A model generated the notes under the pieces. It was given only the letters and a program-made list of their open reading frames with translations. It was not told the origin of the DNA and did not search any database. From positions 1 through 57,627 of the forward strand of contig JBKGYK010000004.1 in assembly GCA_046546095.1 (NCBI GenBank): a stretch of 57,627 bases of DNA, read 5' to 3'. The translations under genes and the position numbers were made by a program. The first letter of the stretch is position 1, and each line of letters starts with the position of its first letter. Source of the stretch: Bacteroidales bacterium. GTDB taxonomy: Bacteria > Bacteroidota > Bacteroidia > Bacteroidales > ML635J-15. Shown piece after piece: positions 18,540 through 28,428 of the stretch.

Positions 18540-19439
18540 ATGCAAAAGGACGCGTACCTGAAGTTTTTAGAGTTTGAGAAGCGGTATTCTTTACATACCC
18601 TTAAGGCATATAAAAAAGATGTAGAGCAATTTTATTTTTATTTCTCTATTTCTGAAGAAAATGAAACCCAGGCATTGATGGAGGTGAGCTCCGGAGATAT
18701 TCGTGCCTGGATTGTTCATTTAATGAGCTCTGTTAGTCCTCGAACTGTCAACAGAAAACTCACAAGCATAAAAGGGTTTTATCGCTATCTGCAACAAAAT
18801 GATGTCCTTAAGATAAACCCAGCTGACAGAGTGCAGTCTCCCAAAATGAATAAAAAACTGCCTGAATTTATGCCGGAAAAACCAATGGAAAAACTTTACA
18901 CCTTGTTTGAAAAGCATGAGGAAACCTTTTCGGCAATCAGGGACTTTCTGTTGATTGAATTGTTGTATACTACGGGTATCCGTCAGGCCGAACTTATGGG
19001 GATAAAACACGGAGATATTGACTGGCAGGCAAATCAGATCAAAGTGACAGGTAAAGGCAATAAGGAGCGCCTGATACCCGTATCCAAAGACATTACAAAA
19101 ACCGTTAAATCCTATATTCATGCAAAACAAAATGAGGGGTTTTCTTGTAATCTTTATGATATGTTAATTGTTACCAATTCAGGCCATAAATTGTACCCAT
19201 CATTCGTTTATAATACAGTAAACTTTTATTTGTCTCAGGTTAGTACAATGAAAAAAAGAAGTCCGCATACACTCAGACACAGTTTTGCAACACATATGCT
19301 TAATCGCGGTGCTGATATCAATGCCATCAAGGAGCTTCTCGGACATTCAAGCCTTGCTGCCACACAGGTATACACACATAACAGTTTCGAACAATTAAAA
19401 AAAATATATAAACAGGCTCATCCCAGAGCCGGCATTTAA
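18540..19439 (+). CDS. xerC: Tyrosine recombinase XerC/XerD (chromosome dimer resolution)
   Basis: Catalytic residues R (TGIRQAE), K (GKGNKER), HxxR (PHTLRH), H (LLGHSS), Y (TQVYTH); conserved Bacteroidota position between rpsU and hpf. Alternative GTG start at 18528. Confidence 0.85.
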   Translation: MQKDAYLKFLEFEKRYSLHTLKAYKKDVEQFYFYFSISEENETQALMEVSSGDIRAWIVHLMSSVSPRTVNRKLTSIKGFYRYLQQNDVLKINPADRVQSPKMNKKLPEFMPEKPMEKLYTLFEKHEETFSAIRDFLLIELLYTTGIRQAELMGIKHGDIDWQANQIKVTGKGNKERLIPVSKDITKTVKSYIHAKQNEGFSCNLYDMLIVTNSGHKLYPSFVYNTVNFYLSQVSTMKKRSPHTLRHSFATHMLNRGADINAIKELLGHSSLAATQVYTHNSFEQLKKIYKQAHPRAGI

Positions 19440-19443
19440 TTTC

Positions 19444-19451
19444 AAGGAGGT
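19444..19451 (+). promoter_or_regulatory. Strong Shine-Dalgarno sequence for hpf
   Basis: AAGGAGGT followed by a 6-nt spacer (aataat) and the ATG at 19458. Confidence 0.8.
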
Positions 19452-19457
19452 AATAAT

Positions 19458-19763
19458 ATGAACATTAATGTGCACTCATTAAATTTCGATGCAGACAAAA
19501 AATTGGTTGACTTTATCAATCAGAAAATGGAAAAGCTCACACAGGTAGCACCAGACATCATCGCTGCAGATGTGACGCTGAAAGTGGAAAATGTTGACGA
19601 CCTTGAAAATAAGTTCGTCGAGGTATTAATTGACATCCCCCGCAAAGATGGTGTATTTACCAAAAAGCAGGCCAAAACCTTCGAGCAGGCCGTTGATCTC
19701 AACTACCAGGCACTGCGCAGACAACTCAAAAAATTCAAAGAAAAACAACGTCTGAAAAAATAA
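19458..19763 (+). CDS. hpf: Ribosome hibernation promoting factor HPF/RaiA (short form)
   Basis: 'MNINVHSLNFDADKKLVDFINQKMEKL', 'KKQAKTFEQAVD...LRRQLKKFKEK'. Confidence 0.9.
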   Translation: MNINVHSLNFDADKKLVDFINQKMEKLTQVAPDIIAADVTLKVENVDDLENKFVEVLIDIPRKDGVFTKKQAKTFEQAVDLNYQALRRQLKKFKEKQRLKK

Positions 19764-19775
19764 TTCCAAATATTT

Positions 19776-19806
19776 TTTGGTAGTAAAATAAAACTGTATA
19801 TATTTG
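19776..19806 (+). promoter_or_regulatory. Housekeeping promoter for the tRNA-tuf operon
   Basis: TTTG 19776-19779, 19-nt spacer, TATATTTG 19799-19806. Confidence 0.8.
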
Positions 19807-19859
19807 CACTCCGTTTTCGGTACGGGTTTCACATCCCGTAAACGTTCTTAGAAACAATA

Positions 19860-19936
19860 GCCGATGTAGCTCAGCTGGTCAGAGCAGCTGATTTGTAATC
19901 AGCAGGTCGGGGGTTCGAATCCGTCCATCGGCTCCA
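19860..19936 (+). tRNA. tRNA-Thr (TGT), CCA encoded
   Basis: GCCGATG/CATCGGC acceptor; GCTGA-TTTGTAA-TCAGC anticodon arm; one G-G mismatch in the T-stem. Confidence 0.93.
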
Positions 19937-19942
19937 TTGTTT

Positions 19943-20025
19943 GGGGAGATACCAAAGTGGCCAACTGGGGCAGACTGTAAATCTGCTGGCAAATGCCTTC
20001 GTAGGTTCGAATCCTGCTCTCCCCA
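19943..20025 (+). tRNA. tRNA-Tyr (GTA)
   Basis: GGGGAGA/TCTCCCC acceptor; CTGTAAA loop; long variable arm. Confidence 0.96.
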
Positions 20026-20051
20026 CTTTTATTGTCATTAAAGCTAAGGAT

Positions 20052-20124
20052 GCGGGAATAGCTCAGTTGGTAGAGCACAACCCTTCCAAGGTTGGGGTCG
20101 CGAGTTCGAGCCTCGTTTCCCGCT
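20052..20124 (+). tRNA. tRNA-Gly (TCC)
   Basis: GCGGGAA/TTCCCGC acceptor; CAACC-CTTCCAA-GGTTG. Confidence 0.96.
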
Positions 20125-20130
20125 CTGAAA

Positions 20131-20202
<72 letters not shown>

Positions 20203-20269
20203 CTGATTTTTTTATTAAGTAGAATACAGAATATCTAAGAAGTAATATTGTAAGTAAACATTTAAAACC

Positions 20270-21457
20270 ATGGCAAAAGAAAAATTTGAAAGAAACAAGC
20301 CGCATGTCAATATTGGTACCATTGGTCACGTTGACCACGGTAAAACTACACTGACCTCTGCGATTACCAAGATTCTGGCTAAAGATGGTTATGCCACAGA
20401 AGCCAGTTTCGATTCTATTGACAACGCTCCCGAAGAAAAAGAAAGAGGGATTACAATTAACTCAGCGCACGTAGAGTACGAAACCGCAAATCGTCACTAC
20501 GCACACGTTGACTGTCCGGGTCATGCCGACTATGTGAAAAACATGGTAACTGGTGCTGCTCAGATGGACGGTGCTATCCTCGTTGTAGCTGCTACTGATG
20601 GTCCGATGCCACAGACCCGTGAGCATATCCTGCTCGCTCGTCAGGTAAACGTACCTAAAATTGTGACCTTTCTCAATAAATGCGACCTTGTTGATGATGA
20701 AGAACTCCTCGAACTCGTTGATATGGAAGTTCGTGAACTCCTGAGCTTCTATGAATTCGAAGGTGACGATGCTCCGGTTATCCGTGGCTCTGCTCTTGCA
20801 GGTCTCAATGGAGAAGAAAGCGGTGAGAAAAATATCCGTGAACTTATGGCAGCTGTTGATGAGTGGATTCCCGTTCCTCCGCGTGACAATGAAAAACCAT
20901 TCCTGATGCCGGTTGAGGACGTATTCTCAATTACAGGACGTGGTACTGTTGCTACAGGCCGTATCGAAGCCGGTGTTGTTAACACTGGTGAAGAAGTTCA
21001 CCTTATAGGTCTGGGTGCAGAGCAACGTAAAACTGTTGTTACAGGTGTTGAGATGTTCCGTAAAATTCTTGATACCGGTGAAGCTGGTGATAACGTTGGT
21101 CTCTTGCTCCGTGGTGTAGACAAAAAAGAAATTAAACGTGGTATGGTATTGGCCAAACCAGGTTCAATTAAACCTCACACACATTTCAAAGCTGAGGTAT
21201 ATGTACTGAAAAAAGAAGAAGGTGGTCGTCACACCCCATTCCATAACAAATACCGTCCACAGTTCTATCTGCGTACAATGGATATTACCGGTGAGATTAC
21301 TCTGCCAGAGGGTGTTGAAATGGTAATGCCTGGTGATAACGTAACCATTGATGTTGATCTTATCTATCCTGTAGCTTGTAACGTAGGTCTGCGTTTCGCA
21401 ATCCGTGAAGGTGGACGTACCGTAGGTGCAGGTCAGATTATCGAAGTTGACGAGTAA
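20270..21457 (+). CDS. tuf: Elongation factor Tu
   Basis: 'GHVDHGKTT', 'RGITI', '[12 protein letters not shown]', 'GGRHTPF'. Confidence 0.99.
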   Translation: MAKEKFERNKPHVNIGTIGHVDHGKTTLTSAITKILAKDGYATEASFDSIDNAPEEKERGITINSAHVEYETANRHYAHVDCPGHADYVKNMVTGAAQMDGAILVVAATDGPMPQTREHILLARQVNVPKIVTFLNKCDLVDDEELLELVDMEVRELLSFYEFEGDDAPVIRGSALAGLNGEESGEKNIRELMAAVDEWIPVPPRDNEKPFLMPVEDVFSITGRGTVATGRIEAGVVNTGEEVHLIGLGAEQRKTVVTGVEMFRKILDTGEAGDNVGLLLRGVDKKEIKRGMVLAKPGSIKPHTHFKAEVYVLKKEEGGRHTPFHNKYRPQFYLRTMDITGEITLPEGVEMVMPGDNVTIDVDLIYPVACNVGLRFAIREGGRTVGAGQIIEVDE

Positions 21458-21481
21458 ACCATACAAGGTATAAATGATACA

Positions 21482-21519
21482 AAAATTAGTTCGGCAGGTC
21501 TGCCTGCCGAATTAATTTT
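21482..21519 (+). terminator. Long hairpin between tuf and tRNA-Trp (terminator or processing site)
   Basis: aaaattagttcggcagg-tctg-cctgccgaattaatttt. Confidence 0.65.
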
Positions 21520-21527
21520 ATCATTAT

Positions 21528-21600
<73 letters not shown>

Positions 21601-21622
21601 CAAAGTAGAAAGTTGCAAGAAT

Positions 21623-21814
21623 ATGGCAAATATTAGAACATATTTTAAAGGAACCTACGAAGAGTTGGTTCATAAAGTGTCCTGGCCTACATGGTCAGAC
21701 CTTCAAAATAGCGCATTAGTAGTAATGGTTGCTTCCGTAATAATTGCACTTATTGTTTACTTGATGGATGTTTCATTTAAAAACCTGCTGGAACTCATCT
21801 ACAGTATTTTTTAA
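21623..21814 (+). CDS. secE: Preprotein translocase subunit SecE
   Basis: 'ELVHKVSWPTWSDL' plus a single TM; synteny. Confidence 0.95.
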   Translation: MANIRTYFKGTYEELVHKVSWPTWSDLQNSALVVMVASVIIALIVYLMDVSFKNLLELIYSIF

Positions 21815-21834
21815 TCATTGATTTGTGAGTTAGC

Positions 21835-22380
21835 ATGGCTGATGTTGAAAAAAAATGGTATGTGATCCGGGCGATCAGTGGAAAAGAGAAAAAAGTCAAA
21901 GACTATCTCGAAACTGAAATTGCCCGCAGAGGACTGCAAGAACAAGTATCCAATGTTTTGATCCCGATGGAAAAGTTCTATCAGGTGAGAAATGGAAAAA
22001 AAGTCTCTAAAGAAAGAAACTATTTCCCTGGATATGTGTTGATTGAAGCAGCTCTCGATGGAGAAATTATGCACATCATCAAAGATGTGTCTAATGTTAT
22101 TGGATTTCTCGGTTCAAAATCGGGCGAACCTGTACCCCTGAGAGAGTCAGAAGTTAACAGGATACTTGGTAAAGTTGACGAACTCGCAGAACAGGAAGAA
22201 GAAATCAACATCCCGTATTATGTTGGCGAATCTGTGAAAGTTATTGATGGACCCTTTAATGGTTTCAACGGAACCGTAGAAGAAGTCCATGAAGACAAGA
22301 AAAAACTGAAAGTAATGGTGAAAATCTTTGGACGAAAAACACCATTGGAATTGAGTTTCATGCAAGTTGAAAAAGAGTAA
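21835..22380 (+). CDS. nusG: Transcription termination/antitermination factor NusG
   Basis: '[15 protein letters not shown]', 'YFPGYVLI', KOW 'GPFNGFNG', '[10 protein letters not shown]'. Confidence 0.98.
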   Translation: MADVEKKWYVIRAISGKEKKVKDYLETEIARRGLQEQVSNVLIPMEKFYQVRNGKKVSKERNYFPGYVLIEAALDGEIMHIIKDVSNVIGFLGSKSGEPVPLRESEVNRILGKVDELAEQEEEINIPYYVGESVKVIDGPFNGFNGTVEEVHEDKKKLKVMVKIFGRKTPLELSFMQVEKE

Positions 22381-22385
22381 AAATT

Positions 22386-22829
22386 ATGGCTAAACAAGTA
22401 GAGGCCCTGATCAAATTGCAAATTCGTGGTGGTGCTGCGAACCCCTCCCCTCCGGTTGGACCCGCACTGGGTGCAAAAGGAGTGAACATTATGGAGTTCT
22501 GTAAGCAGTTCAACGCACGTACGCAAGAACAGGCCGGTAAAGTTTTACCTGTTATCATCACTGTGTATGGTGACAAGTCTTTTGATTTTATTGTAAAAAC
22601 CCCACCGGCTGCCGTTCAATTGCTCGAAGCCAGCAAACTGAAAAAGGGTTCTCCCGAGTCAAACCGAAATAAAGTGGGTTCGGTAACCTGGGATCAGGTC
22701 AAAGAAATTGCAGAGGCCAAAATGGTCGACCTTAACTGTTTTACAGTGGAGTCTGCAATGAAAATGGTTGCTGGAACGGCTCGTAGTATGGGGATTATCG
22801 TAAAAGGTGATGCCCCGTTTGATAATTAA
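22386..22829 (+). CDS. rplK: 50S ribosomal protein uL11
   Basis: '[12 protein letters not shown]', 'FCKQFNART', 'GTARSMG'. Confidence 0.99.
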   Translation: MAKQVEALIKLQIRGGAANPSPPVGPALGAKGVNIMEFCKQFNARTQEQAGKVLPVIITVYGDKSFDFIVKTPPAAVQLLEASKLKKGSPESNRNKVGSVTWDQVKEIAEAKMVDLNCFTVESAMKMVAGTARSMGIIVKGDAPFDN

Positions 22830-22845
22830 TTAAGCGTGACTCGAA

Positions 22846-23538
22846 ATGGCAAAAAAGACAAAAAACAGAAAACAGGTAATCGAAAAAATCGAAGCCGAGA
22901 AAAAATATCCCATTGATGAAGCTGCAAAATTGGTGAAAGATGTTACTACCACCAAATTCGACGCTTCTGTGGATATGGATTTCAGGCTTGGTGTTGACCC
23001 CCGTAAAGCCGACCAAATGGTCAGAGGTATTACTACCCTGCCACATGGTACCGGCAAAGAGGTCAAAGTACTTGTGCTGTGTACACCAGAAAAAGAGGAA
23101 GAAGCAAAAAATGCCGGAGCCGATTATGTTGGTCTCGATGATTATATCGAGAAAATTCAGGAAGGTTGGACTGATATGGATGTGATTATCACCATGCCTC
23201 CTGTAATGGCCAAAATCGGACGCCTGGGACGTATCCTTGGCCCCCGGGGTTTAATGCCCAATCCCAAAAGTGGTACTGTAACTATGGACATCGGTAAAGC
23301 CGTCGAAGAAGTTAAGAAAGGCAAAATCGATTTTAAAGTTGATAAATACGGTATTATTCATATCAGTATCGGAAAAGTTTCCTTCACCCCTGAACAAATC
23401 AAGGACAATGCTAAGGAAATCGCTCAGACAATCGCCAAACTAAAACCGGCATCGTCTAAAGGTACTTATATGATGAGTGTTCACATTTCAAGTACTATGA
23501 GCCCGGGTATTAAACTCGATCCAAAGTCTTTGGTTTAA
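22846..23538 (+). CDS. rplA: 50S ribosomal protein uL1
   Basis: '[14 protein letters not shown]', '[16 protein letters not shown]'. Confidence 0.99.
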   Translation: MAKKTKNRKQVIEKIEAEKKYPIDEAAKLVKDVTTTKFDASVDMDFRLGVDPRKADQMVRGITTLPHGTGKEVKVLVLCTPEKEEEAKNAGADYVGLDDYIEKIQEGWTDMDVIITMPPVMAKIGRLGRILGPRGLMPNPKSGTVTMDIGKAVEEVKKGKIDFKVDKYGIIHISIGKVSFTPEQIKDNAKEIAQTIAKLKPASSKGTYMMSVHISSTMSPGIKLDPKSLV

Positions 23539-23557
23539 ATTTTTAGACTTTACTTCT

Positions 23558-24079
23558 ATGAAGAAAAGAGAAGACAAAAACAAACAGATTGACATTCTGG
23601 CCGAAGAGGTGAATAAATTCGAACATTTTTACCTGACTGACGCGCAGGGGTTAAATGCTGAAGAATCTACAATCCTCCGCAAAAATTGCTTTGAGAAAGA
23701 AGTAAAGCTTACTGTGGTAAAGAATACACTGTTTAAAAGAGCATTGGATAAAGCCGATGGTGAATTTGATGAGCTATATGATTTGCTCAAAAATAATACT
23801 ACCGTCATGTTTACCAATACGGCCAATGCTCCCGGCAGAGTTCTTAAGGATTTCCTTAAAAACCATGATAAGCCTATTTTTAAAGGGGCATACGCAGCTG
23901 AAAGTGTCTACGTAGGAGAGGATCAGCTCGAAGTCTTGGCTTCACTGAAATCCAAAGAAGAACTCCTCGGTGACATCGTTATGCTGTTGCAATCCCCGGC
24001 TCAAACAGTTGTATCTCAACTCCAGAGTGCTGGTCAAAAAATTGCCGGGCTTACAAAAGCACTGGCCGAAAAAGAGTAA
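23558..24079 (+). CDS. rplJ: 50S ribosomal protein uL10
   Basis: 'VVKNTL', 'LASLKSKEELLG'; synteny. Confidence 0.96.
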   Translation: MKKREDKNKQIDILAEEVNKFEHFYLTDAQGLNAEESTILRKNCFEKEVKLTVVKNTLFKRALDKADGEFDELYDLLKNNTTVMFTNTANAPGRVLKDFLKNHDKPIFKGAYAAESVYVGEDQLEVLASLKSKEELLGDIVMLLQSPAQTVVSQLQSAGQKIAGLTKALAEKE

Positions 24080-24120
24080 TAAATATTTAGTATTGAAATC
24101 ATCGTAAAAGTTATAGTAAA

Positions 24121-24495
24121 ATGGCAGATCTTAAAAAATTAGCAGAAGAGTTAGTAAATCTGACTGTTAAAGATGTCAGCGAACTCGCAGACATCCTCAA
24201 AGAAGAGTATGGTATCGAACCAGCTGCTTCTGCTGCAGTTGTCGCAGCTCCGGCTGGTGGCGAAGGTGAAGCAGAAGCTGAACAAACTGAATTCGACGTA
24301 ATGTTGAATTCTGCTGGTCAGGCAAAACTTAAAATTATCAAAGTAGTTAAAGAATTGACCGGATTAGGCCTTAAAGAAGCTAAAGCCCTCGTCGATAGCG
24401 CACCAGCTGCAGTTAAAGAAGGTGTGGCTAAAGAAGAAGCCGAGCAGATCAAATCTCAGCTCGAAGAAGAGGGTGCAGAGGTTGAACTTAAATAA
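24121..24495 (+). CDS. rplL: 50S ribosomal protein bL12
   Basis: 'EQTEFDV', 'TGLGLKEAK', '[11 protein letters not shown]'. Confidence 0.99.
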   Translation: MADLKKLAEELVNLTVKDVSELADILKEEYGIEPAASAAVVAAPAGGEGEAEAEQTEFDVMLNSAGQAKLKIIKVVKELTGLGLKEAKALVDSAPAAVKEGVAKEEAEQIKSQLEEEGAEVELK

Positions 24496-24519
24496 GTTCA
24501 GCGTATATTAACGATTTTT

Positions 24520-24553
24520 AGGTTTAAAACCAGGCATACCTGGTTTTAAACCT
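24520..24553 (+). terminator. Perfect 15-bp hairpin between rplL and rpoB (attenuator-like)
   Basis: aggtttaaaaccagg-cata-cctggttttaaacct followed by tt. Confidence 0.7.
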
Positions 24554-24591
24554 TTCGTTGTTATATATTTTCTTTAACTAATCCAACGTCA

Positions 24592-27500
24592 ATGTCAGTA
24601 CAAAAACAACAGAGATATTCCTTCTCAACAACAAAAAATCAGCTAGATTATCCTGATTTTCTCGCAGTGCAGTTGAAATCTTTTAAAGACTTCCTGCAAC
24701 TGGATACAACTCTTGAGAAAAGAAAAAACGAGGGCCTCTTTAAGGTGTTTAATGAGAATTTCCCTATTACAGACACCAGAAATAATTTTGTTCTCGAATT
24801 CCTCGATTACTCAATCGATATGCCCAGGTACACCATTGAGGAATGTCTTGAGAGGGGACTGACTTACTCCGTCCCGCTCAAAGCCAAACTCAAACTCTAT
24901 TGTACCGACCCGGAACATGAGGACTTTGAAACTACCGTGCAGGATGTCTGGCTGGGAACAATCCCTTATATGACCCCCAGAGGATCTTTTATAATCAATG
25001 GCGCTGAACGGATTGTCGTGTCACAGTTACACCGGTCACCAGGGGTTTTCTTCGGACAAAGCCTGCATGCCAATGGTACAAAATTGTATTCCGCAAGGAT
25101 TATTCCTTTTAAAGGATCCTGGATGGAGTTCGCTACAGATATCAATTCTGTCATGTTCGCTTATATCGACAGAAAAAAGAAATTACCTGTAACTACTCTT
25201 CTCCGGGCAATCGGATTTGAAAGCGATAAAGAAATTCTCGAAATATTCGGACTCGCCGAAGAAATCAAAGCTAATAAAACAGCACTTAAAAAAGTTGTTG
25301 GTAGAAAACTGGCTGCCAGAGTACTTAGATCCTGGGTGGAAGACTTCGTGGATGAAGATACAGGTGAAGTTGTATCCATCGAAAGAAATGAAGTTATTCT
25401 CGACAGAGAAACTGTCATTAAACAGGAAGATATTCCTACCATCATTGAATCAGGTTCCAAAACCATCCTGGTACATAGGGAGCAGTCCAAAACATCAGAT
25501 TACGCAATCATCTACAACACGCTTCAAAAAGATCCCTGTAACTCAGAAAAAGAAGCCGTTGTTTATATATACAGACAGTTACGTAACTCCGAACCACCTG
25601 ATGAAGCTACAGCAAGAGAGGTTATCGATAATCTTTTCTTCTCAGATAAGAGATACGACCTCGGTGAGGTGGGACGCTACAGACTCAACAGAAAACTTAA
25701 AATTGATATTAATGTCGATACCAAAACTCTCACAAAAGAGGATATTATCGCCATTATTAAATACCTGATCGAGCTGATTAATTCCAAAGCTGATGTGGAT
25801 GATATTGATCACCTCAGCAACCGACGCATTCGTACCGTCGGTGAACAACTTGGAAATCAGTTCGGTGTCGGACTTGCCCGTATGGCCAGAACAATCAGGG
25901 AAAGAATGAACGTCAGGGATAATGAAGTTTTCCATCCCACTGACCTGATCAATGCTAAAACATTGTCATCGGTTATCAACTCTTTCTTTGGTACCAATCA
26001 GTTGTCGCAGTTCATGGATCAGACAAATCCCCTGGCTGAAATGACACATAAGCGCAGACTCTCTGCCCTCGGTCCTGGTGGCCTGTCCAGAGAACGTGCC
26101 GGCTTTGAAGTCAGGGATGTCCATTATACGCACTATGGACGACTTTGCCCCATTGAAACACCGGAAGGACCAAACATTGGCCTGATATCTTCACTTTGTG
26201 TGTATGCTAAAATCAATGAGCTTGGATTCATTGAAACACCATACCGTAAAGTGGAAAGCGAACAGGTAAAACTCAACGATACTGATATAGAATATCTCAG
26301 TGCGGAGGAAGAAGAAAATCATGTGATCGCACAGGCGAATGCACCGATAGATGACAATGGTATATTCCAGTCTGATAAAATCCGTGTCAGACATGATGGG
26401 GAATACATTGTCAATGAACCATCAAAAATCCAACTGATGGATGTGGCTCCTAATCAGATCGCTTCCATTGCTGCTTCTCTTATTCCTTTCCTGGAACATG
26501 ATGATGCAAACCGTGCTTTGATGGGTTCCAATATGATGCGACAGGCTGTGCCTTTGCTTCAGAATGACTCACCAATTATTGGCACCGGTATTGAAGCCAG
26601 AGTGGCCAGGGATTCAAGAATCCTCGCAGTTGCTGAAGGGGATGGCGTGGTCGAGTATGTGGATGCTGAAAAAATCATTATCAGATACATCAGAACGGAA
26701 GAGGAACAATTCGTTTCTTTTAAAGATGACATGGTAACCTATCCACTTACCAAATTCCAGAAAACAAATCAGAACAGCAATGTCAATATCCGACCCATCG
26801 TACGAAAAGGTGAAAAAGTTTCCAAAGGACAAGTCCTTACTGAAGGATATGCTACCCAGGGCGGAGAGCTTGCCATCGGCAGAAACCTGAAAGTGGCTTT
26901 TATGCCATGGAAAGGGTATAACTTTGAGGATGCGATTGTTATTTCTGAAAGAGTGGTGCGTGAGGATGTGTTTACTTCCATTCATATTGTTGAACATCAG
27001 CTGGATGTGAGAGATACAAAACGCGGACTTGAAGAACTTACCGCAGATATCCCGAATGTCAGCGAATCTGCTACCAGAAACCTTGATGAAAATGGTATCA
27101 TCCGTATCGGCGCCAATGTGAAGCCCGGAGATATTATGGTGGGTAAAATTACACCCAAAGGTGAAACAGACCCCTCTCCTGAAGAAAAACTGCTGCGTGC
27201 CATTTTTGGTGATAAAGCCGGTGATGTTAAGGATGCTTCTATGAAAGCTTCACCCTCAACATCCGGAGTTGTCGTTGATAAAAAGCTTTTCTCCAAAACT
27301 TTCAAAGACAGAAAAACCAGAAATCAGGAAAAAGTGCTTATAGAGAATATCGATAACGAATTTGAACAGGCAGCCGCCAATTTAAAATCAAAACTGGTTG
27401 ATAAACTCTTTATTCTGGTAAATGGCAAAACATCCCAGGGTGTGAAAGATAATTTTGGCGCTGAATTGATCCCCAAAGGGAAAAAGTTCACCCAAAAATC

Positions 27501-28401
27501 TCTCAATACAATTGATTATCTGAATGTCAGCCCGTCAAAATGGACTACTGACAAGAAGAAAAACAGGATGATTGAAACCATCCTGCAGAATTACCTCATC
27601 GAGTACAAAGAGCTTGAAGGAGAGTTCCGCCGCCGGTCACTCAATCTTACCATCGGAGACGAGCTGCCCAATGGTATTGTGCAGATGGCCAAAGTATATC
27701 TTGCCAATAAGCGTGTCATAAAGGTCGGTGATAAAATGGCCGGACGACATGGTAACAAAGGTATCGTTGCAAAAATCGTTCGCCAGGAAGATATGCCTTT
27801 CCTCGAAGATGGCACCCCGGTAGATATCGTATTGAATCCATTGGGTGTTCCTTCACGTATGAACCTGGGGCAGATATATGAAACTGTACTGGGTTGGGCC
27901 GGTGAAAAACTTGGAATGAAGTTTGCCACCCCGATTTTCGATGGAGCAAGCCTCGATGAAATCAACGAATTAACCGATAAAGCCGGTGTACCGCGTTATG
28001 GCAGAACACACCTGTTCGATGGCGAAACTGGAGAAAAGTTCCACCAGCCAGCTACAGTAGGTGTGATATATATGCTCAAACTCGGACATATGGTGGACGA
28101 CAAAATGCATGCCCGTTCTATCGGACCGTATTCACTCATCACGCAGCAACCACTTGGTGGTAAAGCGCAGTTCGGTGGACAGCGTTTCGGTGAAATGGAG
28201 GTATGGGCACTTGAAGCCTTCGGGGCTGCCCATACATTGAGAGAAATTCTGACCGTGAAGTCGGATGATGTAAAAGGTCGTGCCAAAACTTACGAATCGA
28301 TCGTGAAAGGTACACCAATGCCAACTCCCGGAATTCCGGAATCTCTCAATGTGCTTATACACGAACTTCAGGGATTGTGCCTGAATTTTGAAATGAAATA
28401 A
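24592..28401 (+). CDS. rpoB: RNA polymerase beta subunit
   Basis: 'SQLHRSPG', '[10 protein letters not shown]', '[12 protein letters not shown]', 'GGQRFGEME'. Confidence 0.99.
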   Translation: MSVQKQQRYSFSTTKNQLDYPDFLAVQLKSFKDFLQLDTTLEKRKNEGLFKVFNENFPITDTRNNFVLEFLDYSIDMPRYTIEECLERGLTYSVPLKAKLKLYCTDPEHEDFETTVQDVWLGTIPYMTPRGSFIINGAERIVVSQLHRSPGVFFGQSLHANGTKLYSARIIPFKGSWMEFATDINSVMFAYIDRKKKLPVTTLLRAIGFESDKEILEIFGLAEEIKANKTALKKVVGRKLAARVLRSWVEDFVDEDTGEVVSIERNEVILDRETVIKQEDIPTIIESGSKTILVHREQSKTSDYAIIYNTLQKDPCNSEKEAVVYIYRQLRNSEPPDEATAREVIDNLFFSDKRYDLGEVGRYRLNRKLKIDINVDTKTLTKEDIIAIIKYLIELINSKADVDDIDHLSNRRIRTVGEQLGNQFGVGLARMARTIRERMNVRDNEVFHPTDLINAKTLSSVINSFFGTNQLSQFMDQTNPLAEMTHKRRLSALGPGGLSRERAGFEVRDVHYTHYGRLCPIETPEGPNIGLISSLCVYAKINELGFIETPYRKVESEQVKLNDTDIEYLSAEEEENHVIAQANAPIDDNGIFQSDKIRVRHDGEYIVNEPSKIQLMDVAPNQIASIAASLIPFLEHDDANRALMGSNMMRQAVPLLQNDSPIIGTGIEARVARDSRILAVAEGDGVVEYVDAEKIIIRYIRTEEEQFVSFKDDMVTYPLTKFQKTNQNSNVNIRPIVRKGEKVSKGQVLTEGYATQGGELAIGRNLKVAFMPWKGYNFEDAIVISERVVREDVFTSIHIVEHQLDVRDTKRGLEELTADIPNVSESATRNLDENGIIRIGANVKPGDIMVGKITPKGETDPSPEEKLLRAIFGDKAGDVKDASMKASPSTSGVVVDKKLFSKTFKDRKTRNQEKVLIENIDNEFEQAAANLKSKLVDKLFILVNGKTSQGVKDNFGAELIPKGKKFTQKSLNTIDYLNVSPSKWTTDKKKNRMIETILQNYLIEYKELEGEFRRRSLNLTIGDELPNGIVQMAKVYLANKRVIKVGDKMAGRHGNKGIVAKIVRQEDMPFLEDGTPVDIVLNPLGVPSRMNLGQIYETVLGWAGEKLGMKFATPIFDGASLDEINELTDKAGVPRYGRTHLFDGETGEKFHQPATVGVIYMLKLGHMVDDKMHARSIGPYSLITQQPLGGKAQFGGQRFGEMEVWALEAFGAAHTLREILTVKSDDVKGRAKTYESIVKGTPMPTPGIPESLNVLIHELQGLCLNFEMK

Positions 28402-28428
28402 GTTTTACGGATTTAATTAATCAGATAT

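Noticed and set aside
18540-19439. Tyrosine recombinase next to a tRNA cluster as a possible integrative element
   Set aside because: It has a XerC-type length and motifs and sits in the conserved rpsU-xer-hpf synteny. No att repeats or cargo genes are present.
25984-26090. RpoB rifampicin cluster I checked for resistance substitutions
   Set aside because: Q513, D516, H526 and S531 equivalents are wild type ([23 protein letters not shown]).
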